Positions 1 through 13,727 are shown, counted from the first letter of the stretch. The stretch is DNA of 64,000 nt from Eledone cirrhosa (GCA_964016885.1 OZ024745.1:47182001-47246000), one strand, 5' to 3'. Program-made: numbers and translations. Notes: generated by a model from the sequence alone, not told the origin.

Positions 1-313
1 TGCAACAAGGACATTTATCACAAATTTCCTTTTCTGAAACTATCAACTTATACTGTTCTCACTTCAACACTGTTAGCAGGAATCAAATGATCAGCGATCC
101 TTAACTCTTGGCAACTATTAGCCTTTCATGAACTATATCCTTGACTGACAACTCCCCCCTACATACACACACTCTTTTCACCTTTAAATACCTTCACCTT
201 TCTATCATGGTCTTTCTTCACAAAGGATTATCGTATCACTTCAAAATTAACACAACCTTCTCGATATGTTCCTCTCACATAATGGCACCTGCCTTCCAAA
301 CCTTCTGCTGCTT

Positions 314-648
314 TAACCTTTTTGATACCAAGCTACCCAAAACTGCTTTCGGTTCTACAAAACAAAACCATCCATTTTAAAGGGTTCCTATTTAAATTAA
401 AACCTTTCAATATAATTTTATGGAAAAAACTTGTTATGGCCTTGGAAGGATGAATGGCAAAGTTGACCTTGCATGATTTGAACTCAGAATATAAAGTGCT
501 GTAACCAAATACTTTGAAGCATTTTGTCAGGTGCCAAAACCATCTTAATAATGAAATAATTCATAATTTTAGTAAATCTTTTTTAATTTTTCTTTAACTA
601 ATTATAGTATAGAATATTTAATTAGAAATAGGGTGATAAAAGGGTTAA
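314..648. mobile_element. piggyBac-like MITE (TTAA-flanked), interrupted by a degenerate SINE fragment
   Basis: Starts ttaaccttttt and ends aaagggttaa. Related AT-rich copies are at ~3390-3614, ~7720-7920 (reverse) and ~25950-26143. Confidence 0.5.
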
Positions 649-1051
649 ATAAACTAAACTGCCAAAGACCCTCTTTTGACAATAAAGTTTTATATCTGAT
701 ACAGATCAACATGTGGGTGATACCACCTTAGTTGTTTGTCCCTCTACATCCTTCACTCAAACAAAGCTCATACCCCAAACCCTCTAATTAAGATGCAGCT
801 ATACAGGCGAAGAACATTCCTAATACACCAGGATGAAGACCCATAATCTATCAGTTGTCTATTAAATGCTCTAGAAGTGGCCTTAACTCTTCTATATTCG
901 TATTCATGTATTATATCTCAAATGTTCTGCTCAACTAATCAATAATTTACATCTACAGGAATCTAATTACATAACCATCTTATGAAATGGTTGGTAAAGG
1001 ATCTATAAAGTTATCATCAGAAATTCTATCAAAGGTTCTGTTGTAATTTAA

Positions 1052-1108
1052 ATAATAATAATGAAATTATTTTGTACTGTGCTCAGGTGCACTACAACTC
1101 GTCAGAGG
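1052..1108 (-). mobile_element. 3' terminal fragment of CR1-like LINE
   Basis: (AAT)n + gaaattattttgtactgtgctcaggtgcactacaactcgtca matches the 3' end of the copies at 9080-9418 and 16850-17155. Confidence 0.6.
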
Positions 1109-1320
1109 TGGGTGATGAAAGAGATTACTGGTTGAAGTATTGCACAACAGTATCTTTTGATTTTATGATGGTTATTTGACAGGCATTACAATGGAAGTGA
1201 ACCTAGGGGGCATGATGACCTAGGAAGTAATGTCTCATTGTAATGACTGTAAAATAACCACCAAGGAAGCAAACAATACTTTGGTGCAGTATTTTAGCAA
1301 GTAATCTCTTTCATCACCCA
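1109..1320. repeat. Degenerate fold-back (~100-bp arms)
   Basis: tgggtgatgaaagagattact...gcacaacagtat is mirrored by atactttggtgc...agtaatctctttcatcaccca. The inner cattacaatg/cattgtaatg also pairs. Confidence 0.75.
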
Positions 1321-2459
1321 AATTACAGTACAGCCTTCAAAAGTATTTCTGCTAACCCACAGGAGTGATGCATGAGTTGGAATGGCTATTTCAATGCATC
1401 ACCCTTGATATCCTCTGAGGTAACACTTTCCCAATTCTCTCTGCTGGGGTTCTGCATGTCAAAAAGTGTTCTCCCACATTGTCCAGGCTTGTATTATTGG
1501 GGTAGCGATATCTATGACATCTGTTAACATGACACACAGAAACAATCTCTGCCCTAGTCTCCAAACTATTGCAGATTGCTGTGGTAATATTCCCCCTGTT
1601 CATTTAGAGATATATAAAATGGGGCATGTAAAATTAAACAACTTTTCCAAGAGACATAATCAAATATCTATAGAAAATTTGAACTTAAGGAACAAGACTT
1701 GCTAGTCTCAAGTCACTCACTCAACTATTTTTCATCTACAAAATATATTGTGTGTATCACAGTTTTTTTTGAATAGGTATAACATATGCCTGCATGTCGT
1801 AAGAAGTGATTAAAAGAGTTGTCATCAAAAAGGGCATCTGACTGTAAAACACTGCCTCAATAAGTCCCATCCAACCTATGCCAGCTTGGAAACGCAAATG
1901 TAAAAAGAAAAGAGATGGTGATGATGATGAATATAAATTTAGCTATTTGTTTATTCTTTGCCAGGACATTATGCAGAGTTTGTAATTTAGAACAGGTTTT
2001 AAATCTAACCTATTACATTTATTTTAATCTGACAACTGGTGAGAGTTATCACAGAATAGTCTCACTGAAAGTTCAGTCTAAGCAGATTCTTCTCAGCCTA
2101 AATCCACATATGAAAAATAAAGATAAAACAAAACTGGTATTGCTAAGTTGTTTCAACTTAACAATCTAAGACTAGCATACATTATCTAGTTCCTTCTGAC
2201 ATAATAGGATTAATTTCTTTCATGCATTCATCTTAAAAAATAACAGCTGAATTGATAGACATGCTGACAGACAGAAGGACAAACAGGTAGTCAAACAACT
2301 AAACAGATAGGCACACAGAAACATTGAGAAAATAGTAAAGATAGCTGGAATAGATGGTCAAATAGAGAGGCATACATACAGATAGATATATAGAGATAAG
2401 ACAGTTGATCAAATAGAAAGACAGATAGATAGATTGGTCAAGTGGAGTGACATACAGAC

Positions 2460-2495
<36 letters not shown>

Positions 2496-5400
2496 TGGTC
2501 AAATGGTGTGACAGATAGACAGACAAATAGATATATAGATTGGTCAAGTGGAGTGACATACAGACAGAGAAATAAATAAGATGATATCTAGAAAGACTGA
2601 AAAAATGGTAGCTTAACAGAGTAGGAATTGTTTGTATGTTTAGTACAAGGAAGAAATGCTTGTTAATAGCATATAAGATTAGACATTGCGTTTATTGATC
2701 AATGTGAGATAAGAAAAGACTCAAAAACTTAAATGGATATTAAGCTTCTGTCTTCTTAAATGATTATTCATAATCATCCATAAGGATTCCAGAGAACAGA
2801 GTTAGAACATGATAGAAACTCATTGGGCATATGATCTCAGTTAATCTTATAACTAACTGTCAGATGTTTCCATTGCTCCATTGCACACTGATTTGCAACG
2901 GAAGAGAAGGGGTTAATGTAGGTTTTCTATATTTCTTACTATAATTCTTTTAGGCACAAGGGCAGCAATTATATTGACCCAGTACTTAACTGGTACTTTA
3001 TTTTATTGACCCAGAAGGATCAAAGACAAAGTTGACCTCAACAAGATTTAGAATGCTGCCAATTCACTGTCCTATATTCCTTACTATAATAAAGTTATCT
3101 ATTTTATCTTTAATAAATTACTGCTGTTGTATTCACTAATAATGTTTTTCAAACCAAGAAGGGAGCCTCATTGTGATTGCCCAGCATACTAGACATGACA
3201 GCTAAATCCCTATTAAATCACATTATAAGTCTTTAAAAAAACTGTACGTTATATAGGATACTGGGTATAAAATACATTGTCTGTAAAATAGATAGGGTGG
3301 TCATCGTTATAATGCTTTAGATCATAAGTCTGCCTGATTGGAACTGACCTGGGGCTAAACAAAAACTAATATTTTTTTTAATGATTTAGTTAACTCTTTC
3401 AATACCATCCAAAACCATCTCTGTTTCTATAAAATGAAACAACCTATATTAAAGGCTTCCTACTTAAATTAAAACCTTCCAACAGAATTTCATATAAAAA
3501 TATTTTGTTACGTTACAAATACCATTTTAAAGAAATTGTAATTTTAGTAAATCCTTCCCAAATTCTGCATTAAATACCAAGTATTTAATTAGAAATATGG
3601 TAACGAATGCGTTAAAAGTAAAGTGCTCATGACCTTTACAAGGCTTCTGATACTGGCAGTAGGAATAGGGGTAGACACCATGACTGTAAGATTGCTACAA
3701 TAGGAAGAAGTCAGTCAAGATATTCCGGTATTATCAGACAAGGGACCAGGTGGTGATGGTAAACCAGTTTGAAAATTGAGTCTATTACTGCTGCTGCTGC
3801 TAATGCTACTGTTTGTATTTCAAGTATCTTAGGTTCAGAATGATGTTAAAACTACTACTACTACTACCAATAATAATAATAATGGTTTCTGATTTAGGCA
3901 CAAGGCAGCAATTTTGGGGGAAGGGAAAGTTGATTAAATTAATCCCAGTGAGCGACTGGTACTTTATTTTTGGCCCCGTAAGGGATTTGAACTCAGAATG
4001 TAAAGGACTGAGTGATCAAAAAATTTGCTTTGCAACCATGTAGTTTCAGGTTGAATAACCCTGTGTGGCACCTTGGGCTGACCAATATTACATTTTCTAT
4101 GCACTTCTTTTTTCTACTCGAATAATTTTTTTTACTGTTTAATCAGGGAGTAAAAGTCAGTGCCTATGACCCTTTTCAGAGCTAACGAGAGTGGCGAGAA
4201 GGAGGAGGAAAGAATGTGTCCTCAAACTAGAGACCTGTCTTGAATTGTTGTAACAAAGTAAACTATGAAAAGGCTCTGAAGGTGTCAGGTGGTGGTGTTA
4301 AATCACATGCCAGATTAAGTCAACTACCAAAAATTAAATTTGTTCACTGTTGTATCAAAACAACTACACACTCCTGTGCATATGACAATATCCTTGATAA
4401 CTCTATCCTTTAATGCATAGTCACCATAAAGAGAGACTGCCAAAATATCTTACAACGGTTAAATGACAACTTGGTTTCATTCAACAGTACTAAGACACAG
4501 ACACTACATGTAAGAAAGTAAACTCACAATGCAGCACTTTCTCCTTCAAATTCTCCATAAATGCTAAGAATTACAACCTAGATGCCTTTTTGTGGCAATT
4601 ACATGTTTATAACATAATATAAAGGCTCTTACAAAATGGTTAGTTTTCTTCTTTAGTACCCGAAAATACTCCATTCCTGAAGAGTTGCGATAAGGCACAC
4701 ATTAGAGAACTGCTCATATATACTATATGAAGGATAGTAGATATACTTGCCACATATATGCTTTCTAGATGCCATCTACACCTGATAGGGTAGATTTCAT
4801 ACACCAACATGCTACAACTCCAAGTCCATTGAAGTACTGTATTTTATATCTCTTATCTACTGATACTTTAGTAGTCTTTGCTGTTCTAATCTTAACAAAT
4901 CTGCACCACACTCATCCAGACCTACTTACTGCATCTGTTTTTTATATTTATACTTCAACATCTCAGTCATTTCAACAAGTTATCGTTAAGCCTCAGTTTA
5001 GAAAGGTAATAAAGGCTTTGTAAGGAGACCTTCACTTTGTTAAGTTCTTGAAAGTTAAATAAACAGGTTTATTGCCTGCAACATGTGACCACAGGCAATA
5101 AACCTCATAAAACTAAGATATATATATATAAAAAATGACATGAACACTTTTTAAAGCTGAGTGCAGAATCAAAGTTCAAAATGAAAATGTTACACACCAT
5201 CCTTATTCATAATTCAAAATATTCATTTACTTCACAATGAAATCCTGTCTTGGTTAGTTAAAATATGCCATATTATATGGTTGATATTAAGTGGTGAATT
5301 TGCAGAAACATTAGAATGCTTTGTGGAATTTGTTCCGATTCTCCTGCTATGGTCAACTTTGCCTTTCATCCTTTTGAGGTAGATAAAAATGTGTCAGTCT

Positions 5401-6556
5401 AGTAGTAGAGTTGATCGTTCCCCTATATTTGTTTCTCACTTCCTCTTTATCTCTCTTTTCTTCTTTGGAAGAAACTGACTGAATTCAAACCTAGATAGAG
5501 GATAAGTACCAGCAGGTTTAAAATACCCCAAACTCCATCAGAAAAATAGAGGGTTGATATTCAGAGAAATAGAGGGTTGATATTAGAATTGCATTGTTTA
5601 TATAATTGGAGGGTAGACTTAATCCATAACCTGGTTTAACACCACCAGTGGGGTGCCTTATGTGCTGTTCAGTCTGTTGCAAGTAATCAAACCATATTTC
5701 TGGTTTTAGGACAAGAACCTTCTCCCTTCCTCCCAACAGTCTCTGAAAAAATAAAGAATCATGAGTGCTGCCCTTTTTTCCTTGGTTAATTGTTTTAATA
5801 CCAAAGCACCAGAAACCACACTTGATTATATAATAAAAAGCTGTTTATTTTAGAGAGTTTATATTGTAAGGTTATGAGTTTGATTCTTGTTTGTGCCAGG
5901 CAACAAGTTGTGTCCTGAGCAAGATGCTTTATTTTACATTGCTCCAGTGGTTTAAAGACCAATCATCCTTTTCTACTGCTGAAGCTACATCTTGTTTCTC
6001 CACACCAGAAGGAGACAGAGCCATCTTCTTTTTATTTTATTTATCTAAAAACTATCCATCATTAAGAATCTTTTAAAGTTATGCTTCAAACATCAGTTAG
6101 TTTACTAAATCACCCCAAACTCTTAATGATTTTGAAAATCATCTGAAAATCTGAAGCAGTGTTTTTAGTTAGATATATGGTAAGGAACAGGTTAACTGGT
6201 AAAACAATAATAATACATTAATGTCAGAATAGAATTGCCTAAATAACATAGTTGCTTTAAAAGTGTATTTTTCGATAAAATATAACAGATGTTATGTAAC
6301 ATAGTTGAGTGTATATATTAAAATATTAAAATATAAATTAAAAAAAGGTCAAATTTCAAAGTGAATTTCAATAAAATGATTCAGGTGTTTAAGAAATTAT
6401 ATTCCTAAATGACAGCAGATGTCAAAAAAAAAATTACTGTTTAGAAACAAAACAAATAATAAAAAAAAATACTCAAGAAATCTATAAAGAAAATCCAATG
6501 CAACCATGGTGATTTACTTTGATAGAAAATCAACAAATAAATGAGAAAATACTCAC

Positions 6557-6628
6557 CAGGAAAACCATTAGAATTCCATCCTTTAAATAGCAAATTGGTA
6601 ACATCTGATGACAGAAACAAATACATTT
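6557..6628 (-). CDS. SLC31A2: Coding exon of a Ctr/SLC31 copper transporter (MYLFLSSDVTNLLFKGWNSNGFP-G); downstream exons not found in window
   Basis: Strong acceptor (cttgtgtttctttctttatag) and donor (G|gtgagt). The peptide matches the Ctr N-terminal pattern M-x-F...V..LLF..W.....G and ends in phase 1 at that Gly, as in vertebrate CTR2. Paralog assignment (CTR2 vs CTR1) is tentative. Confidence 0.6.
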
Positions 6629-6760
6629 CTATAAAGAAAGAAACACAAGAAGAAATAAAATATATTTGGTGCAAGGAAATTTAGGAAAATTCAAGGAGTC
6701 GCAATGAATTTTTAGAAAAATTAAAATCATAATTTTATATACAACAACACAGCAAATGTT

Positions 6761-6974
6761 TTAACCCTTTAGTATCCGGCCAGAATTCTCTCACCTCTTT
6801 CTGTTCAAACTGGCTGTAACCAGCCACTCATACTGATGTTAAGGTACTGTTCTCAAAATAGATAATATCAAAATCTCATAGATTTGATATTATGTGAGAT
6901 AATTATATGAGATAAAGCCTTTACCATGAAAATGTAATAGTATATATAGAGTAATGTAAATGCTAAAGGGTTAA
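6761..6974. mobile_element. piggyBac-like MITE
   Basis: TTAA-CCCTTTAG ... CTAAAGGG-TTAA termini; second copy at 25077-25470. Confidence 0.7.
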
Positions 6975-7544
6975 GGCTATTATACCTGCCAAAACAAAGG
7001 TTACACTAGAAGGCCACATGACAAGCTTCAGACCCATCATGGGGTCCTTTTTGAGACAATGTTTTATGGCTGGATCCCCTTCCTGGAGCTAACCCTTTTG
7101 GTTACCACCCTTGACACACAGGGTGTAGTTATCCTAAACCAGACACACACAAACATACATACACACACACGCATGCACAGAAAAAAATCATAATTTTGTA
7201 TACAATAATTATCCTATAATATTAAAATGATTGTGTATGCTACTTTGTTTGAATTCTAACTGCATCTTAGGGAGTTATGATCATAAGCTGAGTCGCAAAA
7301 TCCAATTTTAAGGGGAGTGCTTTGATAATTTTAAAATAAAGAATTTCTGATGAAAAATGTAGTGGTTGACATTAGGAAGGGAAACCAGCTGCAGAAACCA
7401 ACCCAGAAATGGAATGTATCTAAGTGGGACATGATTCTCCATTCAGTCTTAAAGGACTCTAATTCTATACTCTAATTCAATTCTAAACTCTAATTCAATA
7501 CTGATTTGCTTTGTAGTAACCCATCTAACCCAAGCAGATGGAGA

Positions 7545-7585
<41 letters not shown>

Positions 7586-8192
7586 AAGTTATATTAGCAG
7601 AAAGAACAAAAAAAAAAAATCAATGAAAAATGATTGGGTTGATGCATGCCAGAACAAAATATGTTATTACAAACACAAGCACAAGGCCAAAAATTTGAAA
7701 GATACTATGAATAGTTTTTAAAAGTCAAGAATTTGAAGGGCTTTACTAATATAATTTTCTCATTATTAAACTGGTGTTTGGAAAATAACTTAATAAAGGC
7801 TCTTATATAAAATTATGATGGAAGGTTTTTTTTTTAAATAAATATAATCACTTTAAACTAAACAGTTTTACATTGTAGAACCAAAAGTGGTTTTAGATGG
7901 TTTGGTATAAAAAGGGTTAAGAGTAGGATGTTTATAGAACACTGACTTTAGAAGCCAAGTTTTTAGTGTAGCAAACTAAAAACTTACTAATATTCTGCTT
8001 TAATAGCAATCTGGTATAAAATTTTACCAGAACAGTTCCACAATTTCAGAACACAGCAGCCCCTGTTATCAAGCTGTAGTCTACCATTACAAACAAACAT
8101 TAAATTTATCAGCAAGAATTTAACATTGAAGACTAACTTCCTGATAAAATAACCATAATATTATTAACATACATTAATTAGTATATGAAAAA

Positions 8193-8381
8193 GGGCGGTG
8201 GATTGGCAGTATCAGTAGAGGGTTGGTCGCCATGCTTTCCAGCATAGTTACGTCCCTTTATGATCTGAGTTCAAATCCCGCCGAGGTGAACTTTGCCTTT
8301 CATCCTTACAGGGTCGATAAAATAAAGTATCAGTAATGCACTGGGATAATTGCTGGCCTTGTGCCTAAAGTAGAAACAATT
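8193..8381 (+). mobile_element. tRNA-derived SINE family 1 (Meta-type core)
   Basis: A-box-like TGGCAGTATC, B-box GAGTTCAAATCC, core GCCTTTCATCCTTACRGGGTCGATAAAATAAAGTA, tail GGCCTTGTGCCTAAAGTAGAAAC. Degenerate copies also at ~2950-3075(-), ~3878-4010(-), ~5290-5420(+), ~26873-27095(+), ~28185-28372(+), ~31243-31375(+), ~32174-32240(-), ~38015-38190(-). Confidence 0.85.
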
Positions 8382-8809
8382 AATTAGTATATGAAAATAA
8401 TTACCTTGAGAAACTATTTTAATATCAGTCAGAGGTCAGTGAAAGTAAAATAGGAAGTAATTATAACAGACACTTTCATACACAAATATACACAAACACA
8501 TATTTTATCAATGCTGTGTCAGCCAAACTGATGATAGAACCTCATTATGCTTCTTCAAAGTGTTAGAAACAGCAGCCAAATCTCCCTCAAATCATACCTT
8601 ACCATCTTTACTCTTAACATCCTGTAATATGCGAAACCACATTAGCAAGACCTTCTTGAAAAGTACAAACAGTATTAGGACTACATCACATTACAAAGTA
8701 GAGTTTTTACTCTGATACTGCGAATTTAGTAGTCCAGTAGTAGAGGCATATACATCTAAATTAACAAACCTGTTAGTTTCTGCTAAATTATTACAAGGGG
8801 TTAAATCAT

Positions 8810-8989
8810 TTGGCAGTAACGGTAGAGGGTCGGACGCCATGCTTTGCAGCACAGTTACGTCCCTTTACGGACTGAGTTCAAATCCCACCGAGGTTAACTT
8901 TGCCTTTCATCCTTATGGGGTCGATAAAATAAAGTACCAATAATGCACTGGGTAATTGCTGGCCTTGTGCCATAAGTAGAAACAATTAT
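8810..8989 (+). mobile_element. SINE family 1 copy
   Basis: Same head, core and tail as 8193-8381. Confidence 0.85.
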
Positions 8990-9079
8990 AAGATGTTATG
9001 CATTAAAAAGGAATAACACATTAGACAATGTAGTCCTAGACTACAACCCTGAGCACCTTTTTGATCTCCATGTGTCTAA

Positions 9080-9418
9080 CACACGTTGACATGCCTACAA
9101 AATCAGAAAACAGCACAGCTCCCATAACTTTCATAAACATTTTTTCACGCTCAGAGTTGCTGAAGCATGGAACAAACTGCCTGCGTCAGTTGTTAGCTGC
9201 CAAGACACTGCATCCTTTAAGACACTCATGCTTCCCGAAATACGCCAAAACTACACCTGATGTACCCCTTCCATACACATGCACACATGTGTATATCATG
9301 ACTCATACACTGTTCATTTTCCTGACGTTTGTACATTACCCTATGTACTATACATACACTTTTTGATGAGTCGTAGTGCACCTGAGCACTGTACACAATA
9401 TTTCATTATTATTATTAT
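9080..9418 (+). mobile_element. CR1-like LINE 3' fragment with (ATT)n tail
   Basis: Encodes TR*HAYKIRKQHS..HKHFFTLRVAEAWNKLPASVVSC..ASFK, the CR1-group ORF2 C-terminal motif. Confidence 0.75.
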
Positions 9419-9615
9419 TGGCAGTATCGGTAGAGGGTCGGACGCCATGCTTTGGCGTATATAGAGTTACGGCCCTTGCCATTCTGAGTTCAAATCCTGC
9501 CGAGGTTAACTTTGCCTTTCATCCTTACGGGGTCGATAAAATAAACTACCAGTAATGTACTGGGATAATTGCTGGCCTTGTGCCAAAAGTAGAAACAATT
9601 ATTATATTATTATTA
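9419..9615 (+). mobile_element. SINE family 1 copy
   Basis: Same structure as 8193-8381. Confidence 0.85.
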
Positions 9616-11029
9616 TTATAGATAGATAATGGTTTGAATGTGTTTGATTATGAGGCTAACAACAATAGGTAAGCATGAGTAGTTTATATAGATTAATCAT
9701 TATGACTCTCAGTTTAATATGATATTCTTTTATTCTTTTAGTGGTTTCAATCATTAGAGTGCAGTCATGCTTGGGCACTGCCTTCATGCAATTTAGCCTA
9801 TCATATGAGCCTTTTTTGTTGAACCACAAAGTTTCGGGAGATTAATAAACTATAAGTGTAAATACAGATACACAAATATATATATGCCAAGCAAGGAAAA
9901 TGGACATTGTGTTCTGCTGAAGCTACCTAAGATTTACATTAAAGATATGCATGTCTGTAAAATGCCCAGCTCCCTGCAAATTCATTTTACTACACCCTAA
10001 CCACTAAGCCATGTTCCTTCATAAATGTAGTCTCAAACGTATATCGCCCAACAAAAGACAATTGTATATAAATTGATAATACCCATTTAATTAGTTTAAA
10101 ATGTTAAACAAATGTATATATTTAATTAAAATATATTAATCAATAGTTTGCATTAAAATATTTGAATTAGATCTTATACTTTTACTGCTGCATATTTAAG
10201 ATATCAAGAATTAAATTTTAAACTTCTTTGATATATTTAATTAAAATATAATAATTAGTAGTTATATATTTAAAGAGGTAGGGTGGGCTGCAAGGAGCTG
10301 GGATGGTCTTGCTGCACTAAATGTATTTTAGAATTATTTTTTATTTATTCAATTCAGTGGTAAAATCTTCCTTTTCAAGCACCCAGGGTGGATAAAATAA
10401 ATATGAACAATACATTAGAATCACATTAATTAATTAAACCATTCACCTTGCAGAACAGATGATTCCATTTGATATTAAATTACCCAAAGCTGCACCTGCT
10501 TTTAAGATGTTTGTATTTAAAAATCTCCCATTATAATTTTATGTATGAACATTTTTTAAGTTATGCTCTAAACACCTGCTTACTGGAGAAAATGTTTGTT
10601 AATTTCTAAATCCCACTAAATATTTTCAAAATGCTTTTAAAGTCACAGGCAGTGACTTTCATTTGAATATAGTAATGAAATGGTCTAATAATGAAATATA
10701 ATATTTTCATTAAAAAAGTTTAATCAAGCATTAAATTTTAATGGTCATATTTGATATGAAAATTCATAACTTGTTCAGCTTTTAGATTTCAATTTACGAT
10801 TTAGAACTTGAGCATATATATGTGTATGTTTGTGTGTGTGTGTATATATAATATATATATCATCATCATCATTTTACGTCCACTTTTCCCTGCTTGCAAG
10901 GGTGGGCCGGGAACTGATTCTGGCTATATATATATATATATATAGCCAGATTCGTTTGCAAGCCTCAATTTTATAGCCATGTCAGTAGAATGAACACTTC
11001 ATTCTTGTTCTTATGTTGGCATGCCAACA

Positions 11030-11079
11030 GAACTGCAGACACTAATGTTTCTGGGTATCACCCTTCATCAGTACAGCTC
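11030..11079 (-). ncRNA. Type I hammerhead ribozyme (octamer family, copy 1)
   Basis: Minus strand GAGCTGTA-CTGATGA-A GGGT GAT ACCC A-GAAA-CATTAGTG-TC-TGCAGTTC: 8-bp stem I, intact core, GUC cleavage triplet. Identical motif at 52482-52531. Confidence 0.8.
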
Positions 11080-11191
11080 ACTGTTCACCTGCCAAACTGT
11101 CAGAGCTAGTGAAAATATATGCTATTTTCAAAAATACACAGTGACTGATCAGCCTGATTTGCATATTATTCAGCCATGTAGAGCGAAATTT

Positions 11192-11665
<474 letters not shown>

Positions 11666-12022
11666 AAGATATATATATATATGTATATATATATGTGTGT
11701 GTGTGTATACACACACACACATATCACATCCATATGGCTAAGATGTGTCTTTACCTTCTCGTCAAAATTCGCCCGTTCTTATGTTCGAAATGAATTATTG
11801 ACTTGATTTTTTTCATTTTTTACTCTCTTTACGTTGCTTCTCCATTCGTGTCTGTTTACCCGTCTCTCTTTCTCCACCCAACTCTTTTCATCCCAATAAC
11901 TTATTTTAGTTATTGTATCGCCCTAGCTGGAGGTATATTGTCTGTAATGTGAAAAATACCTGATGGCTAGTAGACAACTGATGATGGATATTCCTAACTT
12001 CTATTTCTAATTCTTCATTTCT

Positions 12023-12147
<125 letters not shown>

Positions 12148-12289
12148 TTATATATATATATGTATATTTATATATATATATGTATATATACATATATATA
12201 TATATGTATATATACATATATATATATATACATATATATTTATATACAAACCTACAGTCAGTAGGCACTTTTTAACTTAATGTACACCT

Positions 12290-12575
12290 CACCACCACAC
12301 CCTACTACACCCTCCCTCTTCCGTTCCTTCCACTGTGTCGATGACACAACAGTCTATACTGTAAGGTGTCCGTATAGGAGACACAGTGAAAAGGCTCCCA
12401 GTCCACACTGTAAATGTGGTTGGTGTTAGGAAGGGCATCCAGCAGTAAATAAAACCTGCCAGAGATGCTTCCGTGCGAGTGAGGCATGGTCTCCCGACCA
12501 TTCCTGCATCAAATGGAACAAAACCGTCTAACCCATGTTAGTGTGGAAGATGGACGTTAAACGATGATGATGATA
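12290..12575 (+). mobile_element. RTE-type 3'UTR fragment
   Basis: gttggtgttaggaagggcatccag ... ctaacccatgttagtgtggaagatggacgttaaacgatgatgatg then (TA)n. Confidence 0.7.
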
Positions 12576-12640
12576 TATATATACATATATATATACACAC
12601 ACATATATATATATATATATGTGTATATATATATATATAT

Positions 12641-13035
12641 GGAGACACATGGCTTAGTGGTTAGAGCATTGGCCTTGCAATCGAAAAGTTGTGAGTTCAA
12701 TTCTCAGACCGGGTGATGTGTTGTTTCCTTGAGCAAGACACTTTATTTCACATTGCTCCAGTTTACTCAGCTGTAGAAATGAGATGATAGGGACTCTGGT
12801 CCCTATTATTCCACTGCAAAGTGGTCATGGGGGTGCCATGGCAAAAAAGTACCCAGCCCACACTGTAAGGTGGACGTGTCGGCGCCATGGAAAAAAAGCA
12901 CCCAGCACTCACTGTAAATGAGGTTGGTGTTAGGAAGGGCATCCAGCTGTAGAAATCAAGCCAGAATCAGTTCCCATCCCACCCTTGCAAGCAGGGAAAA
13001 ACAGACGTAAAATGAAATGATGATGATGATGATGA
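12641..13035 (+). mobile_element. tRNA-derived SINE family 2 with RTE-derived 3' tail
   Basis: A-box TGGCTTAGTGG, B-box GAGTTCAATTC, CCTTGAGCAAGACACTT core. The 3' half matches the RTE-A 3'UTR and ends in (GAT)n-(TA)n. Copies at 18028-18325(+) and 20143-20490(-). Confidence 0.85.
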
Positions 13036-13169
13036 TATATATATATATATATATGTGTGTATATATATATATATATATTTCCTATGAGGAGTGCTACAGT
13101 TAATTCAATTAACGGAACTGCCACTTTGTGAAATTAGTGTGTAAGTGGCTGAGCATTCTACAGACACAT

Positions 13170-13386
13170 GCAGTCATAACACTTCTTAAGGAGATTCAAC
13201 ATAACAGAATGTATAATGAGGCCAGCCCCTAGATTACAGATACTTATTTTGGCCAGCTGAGTGGACTGGAGCGACATGAAATAAAGCATCTTGCTCAAGG
13301 ACACAACGCGCTTCCCAGTCAAAGAATTGAACTCACAACCTTATGAGTGTGAGTTGAACACCCTAACCACTAAGCCACGCACCTTC
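13170..13386 (-). mobile_element. SINE related to family 2 (same head/core, different tail)
   Basis: Reverse strand GTGGCTTAGTGGTTAGGG...GAGTTCAATTC...GTCCTTGAGCAAGATGCTTT. Confidence 0.65.
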
Positions 13387-13397
13387 ACACACACATA

Positions 13398-13472
13398 CAG
13401 GGTGTCCCCAAAAATGTATACACACTTTGATTAGAATGCTGTTGAAGTCTGTATACATTTTTGGGACACCCT
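13398..13472. mobile_element. Tc1/mariner-type mini-MITE (~75 bp)
   Basis: TA-CAGGGTGTCCCCAAAAATGTATACA ... TGTATACATTTTTGGGACACCCT terminal inverted repeats. Confidence 0.7.
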
Positions 13473-13727
13473 TTCTATATATATATATTAGTGGGGGATT
13501 AAGATAAGGGTGGGGAATGGGCTGTACCTAGGGGCTCCATACAATTCGAAGGGTCAGGAATTTCTTGGCTAATCTAAATGATACACAAGGACCCAATTAC
13601 ATGAATCTGCCGATACACAGATATTCTTTGATCTTTTTCACTTTCCTACGAGCATGAAAACAAATAAGACTTTATGCAAATTGTCCTGTTTATCTTCTTT
13701 TTTAACCTTGAGCTATATAAACACACA

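Noticed and set aside
4380-4960. Possible ancient CR1-type RT remnant (NLVSFNSTKTQ)
   Set aside because: Too decayed to set boundaries or confirm by eye.
5065-5105. 14-bp-arm hairpin AGGTTTATTGCCTG/CAGGCAATAAACCT
   Set aside because: Single short palindrome with no family, motif or context support.
6605-6620. CTGATGA-CA-GAAAC on the plus strand
   Set aside because: No room for stem II; it is the antisense of the Ctr exon codons.
10447-10490. Possible upstream coding exon MESSVLQ-G|gtgaat, in frame with the Ctr exon
   Set aside because: Weak acceptor, and it overlaps an AT-rich MITE-like repeat; no independent support without RNA data.
11971-12009. TAGACAA-CTGATGA-TGGATATTCCT-AAC...TA-TTTCTA hammerhead-like remnant
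   Set aside because: GAAA and stem III are not intact; it may be a decayed copy but cannot be supported alone.
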